DNA of 64,000 nt from an uncultured Clostridia bacterium (GCA_944388935.1 CALXKK010000001.1:62344-126343), one strand, 5' to 3'. Counted from the stretch's first letter, positions 41,401-49,106 are shown. Notes: generated from the sequence alone by a model not told the origin. Numbers and translations are program-made.

Positions 41401-41773
41401 AATCATAATCAGCGAAAACTCCTGTTTCTATACCTTGCCCTTTTTCTCTTGCATGAAGCAGAATTTCATACATTCTATTTTTAAAATCATCATAGCTTAA
41501 TTCTCCAGAATTAATATCTTTTGAATTTTCTTCATTGCCTGCATATGTATTTGAATCAGAAATAGCAAACACTGTAAGATATATATCATTCCCCCATAAT
41601 GTATGAGAAAACATCCCATTAGTTTCTTCATCCAACCTAATTATATTATCTATTCCATATTTTGTTATAAATCTTCTTTTACTCTCCGAATGTGGTCCCA
41701 TACTGATAGAATCAATAGGAATTTTTTCTATTTCCAGTAATTCTTTAATTCGGTGTAAATCTAATACTTCCAT
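38426..41773 (-). CDS. Large (1115 aa) repeat-containing intracellular protein of unknown function
   Basis: No signal peptide or TM segment. Three ~45-aa internal repeats (xHPD[IL]F...NKFY.G.[LM][ST].ED[IV]RQNP.L..IL). Central Cys/His-rich block LRCDDPLALTIGTLTDCCQEIHGAG...RVFCVKDEEGR. Acidic coiled-coil tail. AAGGAG SD. Confidence 0.5.
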   Translation of the reverse strand: MEVLDLHRIKELLEIEKIPIDSISMGPHSESKRRFITKYGIDNIIRLDEETNGMFSHTLWGNDIYLTVFAISDSNTYAGNEENSKDINSGELSYDDFKNRMYEILLHAREKGQGIETGVFADYDFITGSFRDEHPDIFIDGVNVSIKNKFYRGHMSAEDIRQNPELIQILQGKKVNMAKYVIEKIGQEEFLRICADYGKCLDSISLSISRDFTLESIREKIEDAIYGEIKDKGMVYFEELPSSFKEKHPDLFLPEEVDEKLRNKFYSGDLTFEDVRQNPQLREILLSKDIGVGFGNTKCKPLRYGQRQREVRPMWEKLTEQEIIYFAEKYGEFLEGVNAGIFVEGQSKQDKERAIQQNIEENILTRKSPFIETIPDFFKKRRPEMFLDNEAPELLKTLYYNNKLHDTNVSIKLNFELIKRYPEWKEFLQGKDIRLAFMPNYDELFRKFDSDTLMKLGARDPVTIDKMVSYHRVSTLESWYKATGGRFLPNFVVMINFPEEEIDSFLANGKKWSKLMTIDFYNRNNDGKAALLKAAYSMGVFQGDNEGFNRTMELFAGLPKDLSAEEYEQVMQSISYNRNNKELQTILEQAYKIGKDGKYNLSFNAQSDKNRTKTVRGILEEADFPRILTPIKAHQIFDSFKMEYNPDFVKFFVENCDEILSNPEYSKDIATMQRQFKDIVRTNAGRKLTWDVAQAYIRSIVYSNIDIGNEGVAEQAKIAGYSQEDFEAIQKLFNEGETRDFSSIPRIQGKTNGYTYEMLRCDDPLALTIGTLTDCCQEIHGAGQTSMEHSVVSPDGRVFCVKDEEGRLVAQSWFWRNQYTGCFDNIEIPNRIFRLYETEHPDKGRKGLAAEVLGVYKKAAQDLMEEDKRVYQELLKKGDITQEQYDSLVLGKVTIGLGYNDIASAIKSDKTIHQESDTVGVKSTRRLPNPYTDAKIQYTIAERDGIVESKQENLYVHQDDIPLYDSTNMTDRVLLTLRRMDRESENNNTVYFNETGDDEQLKKSERLMNTVAEEYGLDPNTTRVLATARMAIIYSQDDEKIKIGNVLSSPLREGLTEEQKQKAENHIRYQVKKALKQIGAQDAQVDMSSLSVEKRQMVKSVMEEIRKESDERDER

Positions 41774-41830
41774 ACACTACTCCTTCTTGTGAATTTTAGA
41801 GGCTGTTGGAAACTCTAATTTAGTTCCTTC

Positions 41831-42811
41831 TTATAACAAATTTGGATATAGCATTTTCTTTTTTCTTAAAAGCAAATCTATATCTATATTTACAACATCT
41901 TTTATTAACGGACTGCTATTTACAGAAATTGTATCTGTTTTTACTTCTCTTAAAAATTTTGATGCATTTTGTTTGTCTTCTGTGAATATGCTACTGCTAT
42001 ATCCTGATGTATTATAGTTTATTTGTGCTATAGCTTCGTCTATATCCTCTACTTCTATAAAATCCTCATCATCTTCTAAAGGTAGTTTTAAACCACTTTT
42101 TACATATACATCTATATTTCTATTTTCTTTTAATATCTTTTCTATAAACTCTAAATGAGTTATATCTTCTATATACAAATCAAATTTATTGTAGCCTTTA
42201 ACAATTACCTCTATATTTGAGATTCTTTTTATCTTGTTTTGAAAGTCCCTATTTCCAACTGCTATTACTTTGTTTATACTTATATTGTTAGAAAGTAATT
42301 CTTCTAAATTGCTTGTATAAATTATTTGTACCAAGTTTTTATCAACTTTATATGCTTCTAAAACTCTTTGAACCAATATTAATATCAATTCATTCGTAGC
42401 TTTCATATAATCTGACTCACTTGCTATTATTAATGCATTATGAGTTAATATTGCTTTTAAAACTAGTTCTAATAAGCAATATGTATTTCCATCATATACT
42501 AAGCAAACTGTTCCTAGATTATCTGTTTGCTCGCCTTCTATGTAATTATTTTCGTTTTTATGCATATAAATAACTTTTCTATATGAATCTTCTATATCTG
42601 CCAATTTATCTTTTAGGATATTTATAATTTCGAAATCTAAAGCAAAACCATTATTATTTTTTACATCTATCTCGTTTGCTTTTTTTATACTTTCTGCATC
42701 TTCTTGTATTAAGTCAAAAATGCTGCTTACAATCTTCTTTGCATCAACATTCATATCCATATTAGTGTAAGACATAGTAGCATTTCCCAATATTTCTCTA
42801 ATATTATCCAT
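41831..42811 (-). CDS. Degenerate gamma-glutamyl-phosphate-reductase (ProA)-like / ALDH-fold protein, probably non-catalytic
   Basis: GTVCLVYDGNTYCLLELVLKAILTHNALII and SSIFTEDKQNASKFLREVKTDTISVNSSP resemble ProA segments, but the catalytic-Cys region is absent. Start moved to the ATG at 42811 (AGAGGTG SD). The track start is GTG. Confidence 0.4.
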   Translation of the reverse strand: MDNIREILGNATMSYTNMDMNVDAKKIVSSIFDLIQEDAESIKKANEIDVKNNNGFALDFEIINILKDKLADIEDSYRKVIYMHKNENNYIEGEQTDNLGTVCLVYDGNTYCLLELVLKAILTHNALIIASESDYMKATNELILILVQRVLEAYKVDKNLVQIIYTSNLEELLSNNISINKVIAVGNRDFQNKIKRISNIEVIVKGYNKFDLYIEDITHLEFIEKILKENRNIDVYVKSGLKLPLEDDEDFIEVEDIDEAIAQINYNTSGYSSSIFTEDKQNASKFLREVKTDTISVNSSPLIKDVVNIDIDLLLRKKKMLYPNLL

Positions 42812-42835
42812 ACTATCTTGCACCTCTTTCTTTCT

Positions 42836-42857
42836 GAACTTTAGGAACGAATCTTAG
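42836..42857 (+). repeat. Degenerate REP-like repeat, copy C (GAACTTTAGGAACGAATCTTAG), abutting the RBS of the ProA-like gene
   Basis: Matches the consensus at ~17 of 22 positions. Confidence 0.35.
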
Positions 42858-42932
42858 CTATGCATATAGCCCACTCTAACGAAATTAAAAATTTCTAGAG
42901 TGGCTTAAAAGGTTCGGATTTTATGTTAATCT

Positions 42933-43892
42933 TTAAAAGTCTCTATCAAAACCTTCATCATTAATTTCTTGAGAAACCTTCTTGCCCCTAGAAAAAATGC
43001 CTCTTAAACTTGATTGAAGTCGTGTTAAATTTCCAGTACTTCTTCCAAACGCAATTTTTTGTACTTCTCCTCCTCCAAAACCGCTAGGAGAATTTGCTGT
43101 TGCTCTTACACTTCTAGTTTTACCTTCATCTAAAAATCTTGACTTCTCTTGAACCATATCTATAAACTCTTCAAAAGTATAGACCTTAGAAGCATCCAAC
43201 CTAGATTCTTGCATCCATTTTTGTACTCTAGCTTTATTCTCCGGTGATGTAAAAATGCCAAATAACTGCTCGGGATTTCTTTTTAGGTTTACTGAGCCCA
43301 TTGCGTCCATTATTTTAAGCTTTTCATCTTGCTTACCTTTTGGTAGAAGAGCAAAAACACATCCGCAAGGCAATGAACGTTCATATGCAGTTAAATCTGT
43401 ATAGAATGCTACTGTTCTATTCATAGATCTCACTGTTGTAGCCGAAATTTCTCCCTTAGGATTTGTAGATTTTACAAATCCATTATACCTATCTGCAGAA
43501 GAAGAAATATTTCCACTTCTAATAATTTGCTCCGCATAATAAATTGGAGTACCATGAAATCTTAAATCCAATTTATCTGAAATAACAGCATTAAGTCTTG
43601 CTGAAAATGTTCTAAACTGATAAATTCTATAATTCATATCTTCAGCATTATTAGGTCTAATAAATTTAGCAGTAAGTTTTACTTCTTCGATATTATATTT
43701 CCATTTTTCAACTTCCATATATGCTTCCATATACTCTACAGATCTTCTACCATACCTTCTTCTAGTTACATTTAAATCTTGCATAGCATCTGCTAAGCTT
43801 TTATTATATCTATTAAATTTAGAATTTAGGATTTCTCTATCCTTCTCATATAATTTTTGTGGATCTGTTTCTCTCCTTATTCCATTCTTCAT
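42933..43892 (-). CDS. Hypothetical protein (~320 aa); N-terminus of the ORF-track model is REP-derived
   Basis: The track ORF begins MLDNINIIFELLRSVPKVQSS, which is the in-frame translation of REP copy D. The likely true start is ATG 43892 (MKNGIRRETD) or 43910. No family recognised. Weak R/S-T-N/E-Q pattern only. Confidence 0.4.
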   Translation of the reverse strand: MKNGIRRETDPQKLYEKDREILNSKFNRYNKSLADAMQDLNVTRRRYGRRSVEYMEAYMEVEKWKYNIEEVKLTAKFIRPNNAEDMNYRIYQFRTFSARLNAVISDKLDLRFHGTPIYYAEQIIRSGNISSSADRYNGFVKSTNPKGEISATTVRSMNRTVAFYTDLTAYERSLPCGCVFALLPKGKQDEKLKIMDAMGSVNLKRNPEQLFGIFTSPENKARVQKWMQESRLDASKVYTFEEFIDMVQEKSRFLDEGKTRSVRATANSPSGFGGGEVQKIAFGRSTGNLTRLQSSLRGIFSRGKKVSQEINDEGFDRDF

Positions 43893-43917
43893 TTTATCTT
43901 TACACCTCATCTGTTTT

Positions 43918-43953
43918 GAACTTTGAACTTTGGGGACGGACCTTAAAAGTTCA
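43918..43953 (+). repeat. REP-like repeat, copy D (extended form TTGAACTTTGAACTTTGGGGACGGACCTTAAAAGTTCAAATATTATGTT)
   Basis: Near-identical over ~50 nt to copy E. Confidence 0.6.
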
Positions 43954-43989
43954 AATATTATGTTAATATTATCTAACATCTATTTTTAT

Positions 43990-44289
43990 CTACTTTAATC
44001 CGTTCTCATTCCAATGTTCCTTAAGTTCTTCTTTTTCATCATCTGTCGCAATATAGCTATAATAAATTAATGCTAATAAATCCTTGGCTGTTTCAGAAAT
44101 ATTTTGTTCACTTAAATCCTTATTAAAATCTAATTTTACTATGATAGTAGCTTTACTTGCCAAATCTTTTAATTTTAATATAAAATTTTCAGGAATTTTC
44201 ATAGTAATTTCTGGATCTAAATATTCTAAAATACATAATACTTCTTGGGCAGCATTATAAATTTCCGTTTGTTCCATCTTTAGCTTCAC
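43990..44289 (-). CDS. Hypothetical small protein (99 aa)
   Basis: ORF with SD. Acidic, helical. No motif recognised. Confidence 0.4.
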   Translation of the reverse strand: MKLKMEQTEIYNAAQEVLCILEYLDPEITMKIPENFILKLKDLASKATIIVKLDFNKDLSEQNISETAKDLLALIYYSYIATDDEKEELKEHWNENGLK

Positions 44290-44312
44290 TCCTTTTAGAT
44301 AAATCTAAAATT

Positions 44313-45365
44313 TTATTTCTTTTCCATATTTTTTGTTTCTAAAAGTAATTTATCAAAATCTGATGTTATTTTTTGATGTTTGTTAAATTCGTTATATTCC
44401 TTTTCTGCCTTTTCCTCAGCCATTCTTCTAGAAATTTTTCCATTATCCTTTAATATATCATATTTTCTAAATTCCAAGAATTCATTAACACTTTTTGCAA
44501 ATTCCTCCATTGTGAATGTGTTTTCTCTTTCTACTAAATCTTCTATATAATCAAAATAACCAGATATCGCTCTTTCTAGTCTTTTTATTTGTTTTTCTTC
44601 TAAATAGTTTTTTGCTATCATTACATCTGATTTTAAAATTCTTCCATCTGGTGAGTTCTTCCATGTTGTTAATCCCATATTTTCTTTAGTATGATCTGCT
44701 TTTTGATATATGATTTCTGCTGCTGTATTTCCTGTTATTGCATAATGAAATTTATTTTGTATCATAGCATAAAATTTCTTTGTAATCTCTGAATCTTTAT
44801 CATAATCAATACTGCATTCTGCAAATATATCTGTTATCTGTTGCCAAATTCTTCGTTCGCTTGTTCTAATTGAACGAATTCTTTCTAAAAGTTCTTTAAA
44901 ATAATCTTTTCCAAATTTAGGTCCATTTTTTAATAATTCATCATTTAACACAAAACCTTTTTTTATGTATTCTTTTAATGTATTAGTTGCCCAAATTCTA
45001 AAGTCAGTAGCTTCTTTTGAATTAACTCTATAACCCACTGCAATAATAGCATCTAAACTATAAAAAGTTAATTCTCTTGAAACACTTCTATTTCCTTCTT
45101 TTTGAACTGTTCGAATTTTTCGAATAGTTCGATTTTCCTCTAATTCATGAGTTTCAAAAATCTCTTTTAAATGATAATTTATAGTATTTACTTCAACATT
45201 AAATAATTTTGACATCGATTTTTGAGTTAACCAAAAATCTTCATTGTCGTATAATACTTCTACAGATATACTTTCATTGTTTTTACTTTGATATATAATT
45301 AAATCTCTTAAATATTCTAATTTGCTCACCATTTCACACTCCTTTTTTTGTGTTTTGTCATTCAA
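44313..45365 (-). CDS. RhuM-family (virulence protein RhuM-like) protein
   Basis: FWLTQKSMSKLFNV...IRKIRTVQKEGNRSVSRELTFYSLDAIIAVGYRVNSKEATDFRIWATNTLKEYIKKGFVLNDELLK is a close match to the RhuM-family core. Confidence 0.75.
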   Translation of the reverse strand: MNDKTQKKECEMVSKLEYLRDLIIYQSKNNESISVEVLYDNEDFWLTQKSMSKLFNVEVNTINYHLKEIFETHELEENRTIRKIRTVQKEGNRSVSRELTFYSLDAIIAVGYRVNSKEATDFRIWATNTLKEYIKKGFVLNDELLKNGPKFGKDYFKELLERIRSIRTSERRIWQQITDIFAECSIDYDKDSEITKKFYAMIQNKFHYAITGNTAAEIIYQKADHTKENMGLTTWKNSPDGRILKSDVMIAKNYLEEKQIKRLERAISGYFDYIEDLVERENTFTMEEFAKSVNEFLEFRKYDILKDNGKISRRMAEEKAEKEYNEFNKHQKITSDFDKLLLETKNMEKK

Positions 45366-45375
45366 ATTTTCCCTC

Positions 45376-46416
45376 CTATTTTTTTATTAAATCTTTTGAA
45401 TAATAATACATATCAACACATTGCATATTTCCATCCCATAATTCTTCATTATAATTATCTATAAAGAAATTTTTTATTGTCTTTTCATATTTATCAAATC
45501 CTTGTTTAACATAGAATGGTATGTTATTTTCTGTTGTTCCTACAATCATATTTTTATATCTTGGCTTATAGTTATCTGCCAAATATTTTATCATTTTTTT
45601 GCCATATCCTTTGCCTCTGTAGTTTTCTTTAGTTGCTATGTTTTTTAACTCTACAGTATCATTATCAACCTTTGTTACCACAGAAACGCAAACAGGTTCA
45701 TCTTTATATGTTAATACAAACAAGTCCCCATCAGCTAAGTACTTTCTAACTATCTCTTCGCTTGGATCTGCCTCAAGAAGTAACTCTAAATATTGCTCCT
45801 TATTTTCTCTTTCTTTTCTTATATTAATAGAAGGGTTCACAGGTAAGAACTCAAAACCTTCTGGTAATTTTGGTGGTTGGAAATCCTCACCTAAATATCT
45901 ACCTCTCTCGGAAAAGATGCAACCACAATACTTTTGAATATACAAGCCTAATTCTCTGGCTTTTGCTTGTCCAACTTTAAATCCAACTCTAAAATCTCTA
46001 TACAAAAAGTCTAAACCATATTTTTTCGCAATCACTTCACCTAATTTTTTTATAACGTCATGTTTTTGATATGGACTTACTAAAAGTGTTGTAGTAATTG
46101 TATCAAATCCATGCTCCTTCGCATACTTTGCTGTTTGCTCCAAACGAACTGGATAACAATAATCTTGGCATCTTGTTTCCAAAGAATCTACTACATTTTT
46201 GCAAAACTTATCTAAGCCATAATCATCTTCGAAAATGGCTTCCACATTTATGCTCTTAGTATATTCTTTTAAGCAATCTCTTCTTGCCTTATACTCTGTA
46301 TATGGATGAATATTAGGGTTAAACCAATAAACTGTTGGCTCTATTCCTTCATCTCTTAGTGAATCTATGCAATATACACTACAAGGTGCACAGCACGTAT
46401 GCATTAATAATTTCAT
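45376..46416 (-). CDS. Fusion protein: epoxyqueuosine reductase QueH (DUF208) N-terminus plus GNAT acetyltransferase C-terminus
   Basis: MKLLMHTCCAPCSVYC is the hallmark QueH Cys cluster, with further Cys (CQDYC, CGC). The C-terminus ...ELKNIATKENYRGKGYGKKMI is a GNAT acetyl-CoA-binding motif. GGAGGAG SD lies 4 nt upstream of the ATG at 46416. The track ORF's first 39 aa are REP-derived. Confidence 0.65.
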   Translation of the reverse strand: MKLLMHTCCAPCSVYCIDSLRDEGIEPTVYWFNPNIHPYTEYKARRDCLKEYTKSINVEAIFEDDYGLDKFCKNVVDSLETRCQDYCYPVRLEQTAKYAKEHGFDTITTTLLVSPYQKHDVIKKLGEVIAKKYGLDFLYRDFRVGFKVGQAKARELGLYIQKYCGCIFSERGRYLGEDFQPPKLPEGFEFLPVNPSINIRKERENKEQYLELLLEADPSEEIVRKYLADGDLFVLTYKDEPVCVSVVTKVDNDTVELKNIATKENYRGKGYGKKMIKYLADNYKPRYKNMIVGTTENNIPFYVKQGFDKYEKTIKNFFIDNYNEELWDGNMQCVDMYYYSKDLIKK

Positions 46417-46429
46417 TTTTCTCCTCCTT

Positions 46430-46465
46430 GAACTTTGAACTTTAGGGACGGACCTTAAAAGTTCA
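46430..46465 (+). repeat. REP-like repeat, copy E (extended form), 3' flank of the RAYT gene
   Basis: GAACTTTGAACTTTAGGGACGGACCTTAAAAGTTCA followed by a partial second copy (GTGAACTTTTAAA). Confidence 0.6.
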
Positions 46466-46587
46466 AATATTATGTGAACTTTTAAATCAGTACCATTCCA
46501 ATCATTCCTATTTACCAATATTATTCCTTGCATGAATTCAGGTTATATCAGTAATTCATATACCTGCTCTTGACTTGTTCATCAACA

Positions 46588-47355
46588 TTATTCGTGTATC
46601 AATCTATGTATTTTTAATCTATTAACACCTATAATCTCTGCTATTTCCTTCTGTGTGAATCTGTATTTTTTATTCATAATTATAGATATTTCCTTTAAAT
46701 ATTTATTATCATATTTTAAAACGCTAATATTAATAATATTCTTTTTTCGTAAGAATTCATCTAGCACTTGTAATTTCAAATTATTTTTATCTTTTAAGTC
46801 TTCGTCATCCATAAAATTATAGTCAGTTGAATCTTTTATCAATATTGTATTTAAATCAATATTATATGTACTCAAAATTTTTAACACTTTATTTTTGTTT
46901 ATCAAATATTCTTTATTCTTAAATTCCTTATAACTTGAGAATTTGTATTCTGATTGATTGTTGCATATTTTCGCTTTTACCGGATTATTATGAATATAAT
47001 GTATACAATTTATCAAATATTTCCTAGATATAATTTCCTCAGACTTAAATCTATCTCTAAACACATATCCACATCTATCGTGATTTTTATTATAGTAGAT
47101 GGCATAACTTGTATTAACCTTTTTCATTAATTTAGAAACCAAATTTATATCTTGAGAATATACTAAAAAATGAGCATGATTATTCATAATACAGTATGTA
47201 ACTATGTATACATCAAAACTCTTTAGTTTTTCCTTTATAATTTTTAAATATACTTCGACATCTTTTTCTTTATTGAATATATATTCTCTATTTATCCCTT
47301 GTATCATAATGTGTATAAATTTAGAATTTATTTCTTTTCTTGCTCTTCGTGGCAC
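46588..47355 (-). mobile_element. REP-associated tyrosine transposase (RAYT; IS200/IS605-like Y1 HUH transposase, COG1943-type) with C-terminal HTH extension
   Basis: MPRRARKEINSKFIHIMIQGINREYIF N-terminus, HUH motif NHAHFLV, catalytic-Tyr helix IHYIHNNPVKA, C-terminal HTH FTQKEIAEIIGVNRLKIHRL. Flanked by inverted REP copies E and F. Confidence 0.7.
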
Positions 47356-47580
47356 GCAAAAACCTCCTTTAAAATATTAATTTTTGCCCCCACTTTTAAC
47401 TTAAAATTAATTTAAATTGACATTAATCTTATAAGTTTTTTCTTATGTGATGTATTATACCAAATTTATCATCTTATGTAAACATTAACCAGTTTATTAA
47501 CCATAATATTCCATTCTCTTGTTATTCAACAATTTTACCATTCTATTACCACATCATCATTATTTTTTATGTAACCCGAT

Positions 47581-47609
47581 GAACTTTTAAGGTCCGTCCC
47601 TAAAGTTCA
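47581..47609 (-). repeat. REP-like repeat, copy F (inverted), 5' flank of the RAYT gene; overlaps the last codons and stop of the membrane-protein gene
   Basis: GAACTTTTAAGGTCCGTCCCTAAAGTTCA is the reverse complement of the consensus. Confidence 0.6.
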
Positions 47610-49087
47610 TAAATGTCGAAAAAGTTTACTGTTCCTATCTTTTCTAAGTTTTCCCTTACGTATTTTATTACTTCCGTTGGTGTTTGCCAATTTAACGCAA
47701 TTTTATTATTTTTTATTAGTATTACAGCATTCTTCATATTTTTTATTCTTTCAATTTGTCCTTCTTCGCTGTTTTCTCCTAAATTTCCTTTTAAAAACAT
47801 GTCAAAGTCTTTATTGTATCTGTCTAGTGGTATCATATATACCGCAGCTTCTGAGTCTAAAATGTATACATCTTTATTTTCCTCTTGTATATATGCATCT
47901 ACTTCTATAATTCTATCCTGTAAAGAGGAAGTTATTGGAATGTTAGAAAAATGTTTTAATACTGATTTATCCGATGATGCATATAAATATATATCGTTTA
48001 TTGATTCTAATATTAATAATCCTATAAATGATATTGTTATTATGTTCATAAAATGTTCTATAAATATCGATACTTTTATGTTTTTTATTTCTTGAATACT
48101 TTTGCAAATATAATACAAAACCACCATAACTGTTGGTAGTGCAGCTATTCTAAAGTGTATATCATCTGATATTGGATATACCATAATAAACTGAGCTAAT
48201 GAAAATACAAATAGTATTAAATATTGAATATTATTATGTATTTTTCTTTGCTTCATATTTACTAAATTTGCAATTAACAACACAATTAAAGTAATTGGTA
48301 CTATTAACGCTACAAAAGCCATAAAATCCTTGCCACGTATAAGTTTTAAATATGATATTTTGTTTTGGAATGTTCCTATTCCTAAAACACAATAATCTAT
48401 AAAGCTTGACATTGAATTTGTTAAAAGTAAATATATAACAAAAATCACACATGGAATAAAAACTCCCACAACTCTGTATAAAACTGCTTTTGCGGTTTCT
48501 TTATCTTTTTTTTCTAGCAATAAATATAAAACAGTTATAGCAGAAATAATTATTCCTGTACTTTGCTTAAACAAAATAGTTATCCCAGCAAGTAAACCTA
48601 TTAAAATATTATATTTTGCACCAAAATTTCTATATTTAAGTTCAAAATAAATAAGTAATAATGTAACAAATAAAATTGCATAATTATAATCTATATAAAA
48701 ACTATCTTTTATAAATAAAAACAATAAAGCTGATGAAAATACTGACCATTTAGTATTTAATTTTAGTTCTTTCAAAATTTTATACGCTACAAAAATTATT
48801 CCAGCTCCTAAAAATGTAGAAACAATTCGCATAACAAATAATTCTTGGCCAAATAATTTTAAAATTCCACCAAGAATAAATGATAATAATGGTGTTTGCA
48901 ACATATTAAAATCTTTATATGGTAATAATCCATTTGATATATTTCTTGCGAAATTAAAATTCCATATTTCATCAAGATTTTCTAAATTTCTAGGCAATAC
49001 TGTAGCTGCAAATAATATTATTGTTATAATTATAAAAGATATATCTATTAATCTAGCTTTTAACTTTGCTTTAGTTTCCTCTTTCAC
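47600..49087 (-). CDS. Polytopic membrane protein, possible GT-C-like glycosyltransferase
   Basis: ~12 TM helices. N-terminal loop has NLENLDEIWNFNFARN and LPYKDFNMLQTPL, reminiscent of GT-C DE / HPPL-type motifs. Confidence 0.4.
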   Translation of the reverse strand: MKEETKAKLKARLIDISFIIITIILFAATVLPRNLENLDEIWNFNFARNISNGLLPYKDFNMLQTPLLSFILGGILKLFGQELFVMRIVSTFLGAGIIFVAYKILKELKLNTKWSVFSSALLFLFIKDSFYIDYNYAILFVTLLLIYFELKYRNFGAKYNILIGLLAGITILFKQSTGIIISAITVLYLLLEKKDKETAKAVLYRVVGVFIPCVIFVIYLLLTNSMSSFIDYCVLGIGTFQNKISYLKLIRGKDFMAFVALIVPITLIVLLIANLVNMKQRKIHNNIQYLILFVFSLAQFIMVYPISDDIHFRIAALPTVMVVLYYICKSIQEIKNIKVSIFIEHFMNIITISFIGLLILESINDIYLYASSDKSVLKHFSNIPITSSLQDRIIEVDAYIQEENKDVYILDSEAAVYMIPLDRYNKDFDMFLKGNLGENSEEGQIERIKNMKNAVILIKNNKIALNWQTPTEVIKYVRENLEKIGTVNFFDIYEL

Positions 49088-49106
49088 TTTTTCTCCAATC
49101 TACAAA

